A stretch of DNA of 64,000 nt, taken from Dehalococcoidia bacterium. Its GTDB lineage: Bacteria; Chloroflexota; Dehalococcoidia; Lucifugimonadales; CAJWER01. Shown one piece after another: positions 62,441 through 64,000 of this stretch. Position numbers and translations under genes: made by a program. The stretch is taken from contig CBDCTY010000002.1 of the NCBI GenBank assembly GCA_965222445.1, positions 255,824-319,823 of the forward strand. The letters are read 5' to 3'. A model generated the notes under the pieces. It was not told where the DNA came from. It did no database searches and saw only the letters and a program-made list of their open reading frames with translations. Positions within the stretch are counted from its first letter, which is position 1. The number at the start of each line of letters is the position of its first letter.

Positions 62441-62563
62441 TACCAATTTGGCGTGATGCCGCCATATATGTGCGGCCAGGGAGTGGGTTCCCGCCCCCGA
62501 CTGCTCGGGGGCAGGCTCTTCGCGGGAATGACGGCTTTACGGTGCGCTCAAAATGAATTGGTA
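62441..62563 (+). mobile_element. MITE-A, long form (123 bp), beta hairpin
   Basis: TACCAATTTGGCGTGATGCCGCCATATATG...GAATTGGTA. Flanked by TGA (62438-62440) and TGA (62564-62566). Confidence 0.9.
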
Positions 62564-62566
62564 TGA

Positions 62567-62958
62567 GATGGGGGCTCTCGGCTCACCCTGAAGGGCCTCC
62601 AAGATGACGTGCTCAACCCCTTCCCATATTCCCAAGAACGTCCGTATTCCAGAATCGCAACACGCGGAAACTCCTCGATTCCAGCCACGCGGTCCTTTCG
62701 TTATCGCAGCGACTTCCAGCGTGTTGGCCCCCGTCAAGCTCGACTATCAGCCTCTGCTCGAAACAGAGGAAGTCGACGATGTAAGCGCCAATGGGCTGCT
62801 GCCTGCGGAACCGATATCCGGATAGCTGTCGCTTCCGTAGATGTTGCCACAGGAGGCCCTCAGCTTTCGTGGCATTGCGCCTAAGGATTCTCGCTCTATC
62901 CTCTGGAATCAGCGGTCCCTTGCCATTCGGAATAGAGTGACCGCTTTCTTTCTCCCAT
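62567..62958 (-). pseudogene. DUF559 (Vsr-like) endonuclease-domain gene, apparently frameshifted at both ends and abutting a MITE
   Basis: The central frame reads IPNGKGPLIPEDRARILRRNATKAEGLLWQHLRKRQLSGYRFRRQQPIGAYIVDFLCFEQRLIVELDGGQH...VLRFWNTDVL. The only nearby ATG (62958) and the expected C-terminus (EGVEHVILEAL) are in other frames. Confidence 0.5.
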
Positions 62959-63031
62959 ATGGTTTGCGTGCTCAGTGGGCTAGGTGAGAGCCCCCATCCT
63001 AACCTTTCCCCTCGGGGGGAAGGGACTTGCG

Positions 63032-64000
63032 CTAGTTCAGGTCGGCGAGCCTGGGCATGACGTCCTGTTTCAGGATGGTCATCGAGTCGAGCCATTTGTC
63101 GCGCGGCTCCCACTCGTGCCCCATCGCCAAGAGAACGCCGAACCCGCCCAGGTCTTCGTACAGCGTGTGGAGCTTCTCGGCCACGTCGTCCGGGCTGCCG
63201 ACGATGAAGACGTTGTCGACCAGGTACTCCGGCGTCACGTCGGAGTCCGGCATATTGACGTCCACCTTCATGATGTCCAGCATCCGCGCCATAGGCAGGC
63301 TGCGAAGGAAATACTGGTCGAAGTCGCGCGCGAGCACGCCGTTGAGCGCCTCGCGGCGCGCGCGAGCCGTCGTGTCCGATATGTAGACCTCGCGGGCGAC
63401 CCTCCACTGGGACCTGTCGGCGGCGCGCCCGGCCTTCGCCGCACCCTTCTCGACGGCCTCCCAGTGCGTCTTGACCACGCGGGTGGGCACCAGGTTGATG
63501 CTGAGCGGCAGCCAACCCCGCTCGCCCGCCATCTCCAGCGTGTCGGACCGCTCGGATACGCCCGCGACGGCCATGGGCGGGTGGGGTACCGTGTACGGCT
63601 TGACGTGAAACCTCAGCCCTATCTCGTCTATGGGCTCCGGTATGTTGAAGCGCCAGTGCCTGTGCTCGTAGAGGCCCGGCTTCGGGTCCTCCCACAACTG
63701 CAATATCAGGTCGATCGCGTCCTTCGTCAACTCCCTGTGCTCGCCGGTCTTGGGGTCGACGCCGAAGACCTCGAAGTCGCCCGAGAACCCTCCCGAACCG
63801 ACCCCCCACATGAACCTGCCCTTGGCCATGTGGTCGAGCTGCGCTACGCGGTGGGCGATCATGAAGGGGTTGTGGTTCGGCATGCAGGTGACGCCCGTGC
63901 CCAAACCTATGCTCTTAGTCACGCCCAGGGCCTGGGCAATGAAGAGGTCGGGCGCTGGGATGTTCTCCCACTCCGCCGTGAAGTGCTCGCCTATCCACGC
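63032..64000 (-). CDS. LLM-class (luciferase-like) flavin-dependent oxidoreductase, 5' end beyond window
   Basis: ...AWIGEHFTAEWENIPAPDLFIAQALGVTKSIGLGTGVTCMPNHNPFMIAHRVAQLDHMAKGRFMWGVGSG.... The reading frame stays open to the window end. Confidence 0.8.
   Translation of the reverse strand, partial: AWIGEHFTAEWENIPAPDLFIAQALGVTKSIGLGTGVTCMPNHNPFMIAHRVAQLDHMAKGRFMWGVGSGGFSGDFEVFGVDPKTGEHRELTKDAIDLILQLWEDPKPGLYEHRHWRFNIPEPIDEIGLRFHVKPYTVPHPPMAVAGVSERSDTLEMAGERGWLPLSINLVPTRVVKTHWEAVEKGAAKAGRAADRSQWRVAREVYISDTTARARREALNGVLARDFDQYFLRSLPMARMLDIMKVDVNMPDSDVTPEYLVDNVFIVGSPDDVAEKLHTLYEDLGGFGVLLAMGHEWEPRDKWLDSMTILKQDVMPRLADLN

Noticed and set aside
62419-63026. GC-rich hairpins CTTCCCCGAGGGGGAAG (62419-62435) and CTTTCCCCTCGGGGGGAAGG (63006-63025) on either side of the DUF559/MITE block. 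A similar CCCTCTCCC...GGGGAGAGGG palindrome occurs inside the family-C copy at about 39816-39851.
   Set aside because: They are short, and I found too few copies to define a family. The second sits right after the LLM stop and could be an ordinary terminator. The weak 5-bp palindromes at 3903-3927 and 7925-7945 were dismissed for the same reason.
62613-63809. 398-aa minus-strand ORF spanning the DUF559 region and running antisense-shifted through the LLM gene.
   Set aside because: Only its last ~100 aa (the DUF559 core) look protein-like. The remainder overlaps the well-supported LLM oxidoreductase frame (63032-64000) and is Arg/Gly-rich.
1-64000. Search for tRNA, rRNA, tmRNA, riboswitch-like leaders and CRISPR arrays.
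   Set aside because: I found no cloverleaf-compatible segments (no GTTCGAATC-type T-arm with a matching acceptor stem), no rRNA-like conserved blocks and no repeat-spacer arrays. Absence by eye is not proof; tRNAscan-SE and Infernal should be run.

Overview
GC-rich bacterial chromosomal segment (about two-thirds G+C by eye). The housekeeping backbone includes dnaX, ybeY, hflK/hflC, hisH/hisA/hisF/hisIE, proB/proA, nadE and an RNase R-like gene. Catabolic genes include two sulfatases, hydantoinase A/B, several Gfo/Idh/MocA and other oxidoreductases, and an LLM monooxygenase. Gene content and PT-rich secreted proteins suggest a Chloroflexota-like marine organism, but this is an unverified guess. 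I saw no rRNA, tRNA or CRISPR array.

The dominant signal is a very dense population of short mobile-looking repeats. (1) Sixteen near-identical 100/123/124-bp (two 153/198-bp variants) elements have TACCA...TGGTA inverted termini and 3-bp TNA target duplications (here MITE-A/B). (2) Two further TIR families (C: GGGCCTTTCCAAAG termini; D: ATTCCCCACCT termini) have 9-10-bp duplications. (3) A nested GC-rich hairpin core (GGGTTCCCGCC-hairpin-...GCGGGAATGACGG) occurs inside A, C and D and also as solo copies, with compensatory stem variants. All 21 TIR-bounded copies point the same way on the + strand.

These elements interrupt a HEPN-like gene, where excision restores the frame, and a ParE/RelE-like toxin gene. 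They also sit inside each other, giving a filled versus empty site comparison, and lie between genes of conserved operons (proB-proA, hisF-hisIE).

Several accessory gene cassettes are bracketed by direct repeats of 8-41 bp and lie inside or beside conserved operons: Fic, an LRR protein, a 1149-aa CAP-domain protein, and a Uma2 nuclease block.

A lower-GC island at about 36.6-39.2 kb carries a DUF3800 gene plus a PIN-domain fusion gene. I flag this pair as a candidate uncharacterised two-gene (defence/TA-like) module.

The window also contains an IS5-family IS with a -1 frameshift that splits an AAA ATPase gene, a frameshifted IS1380-family IS, two VapBC modules and other TA-like pairs. All functional calls rest on motif recognition in the translations; no database search was possible.
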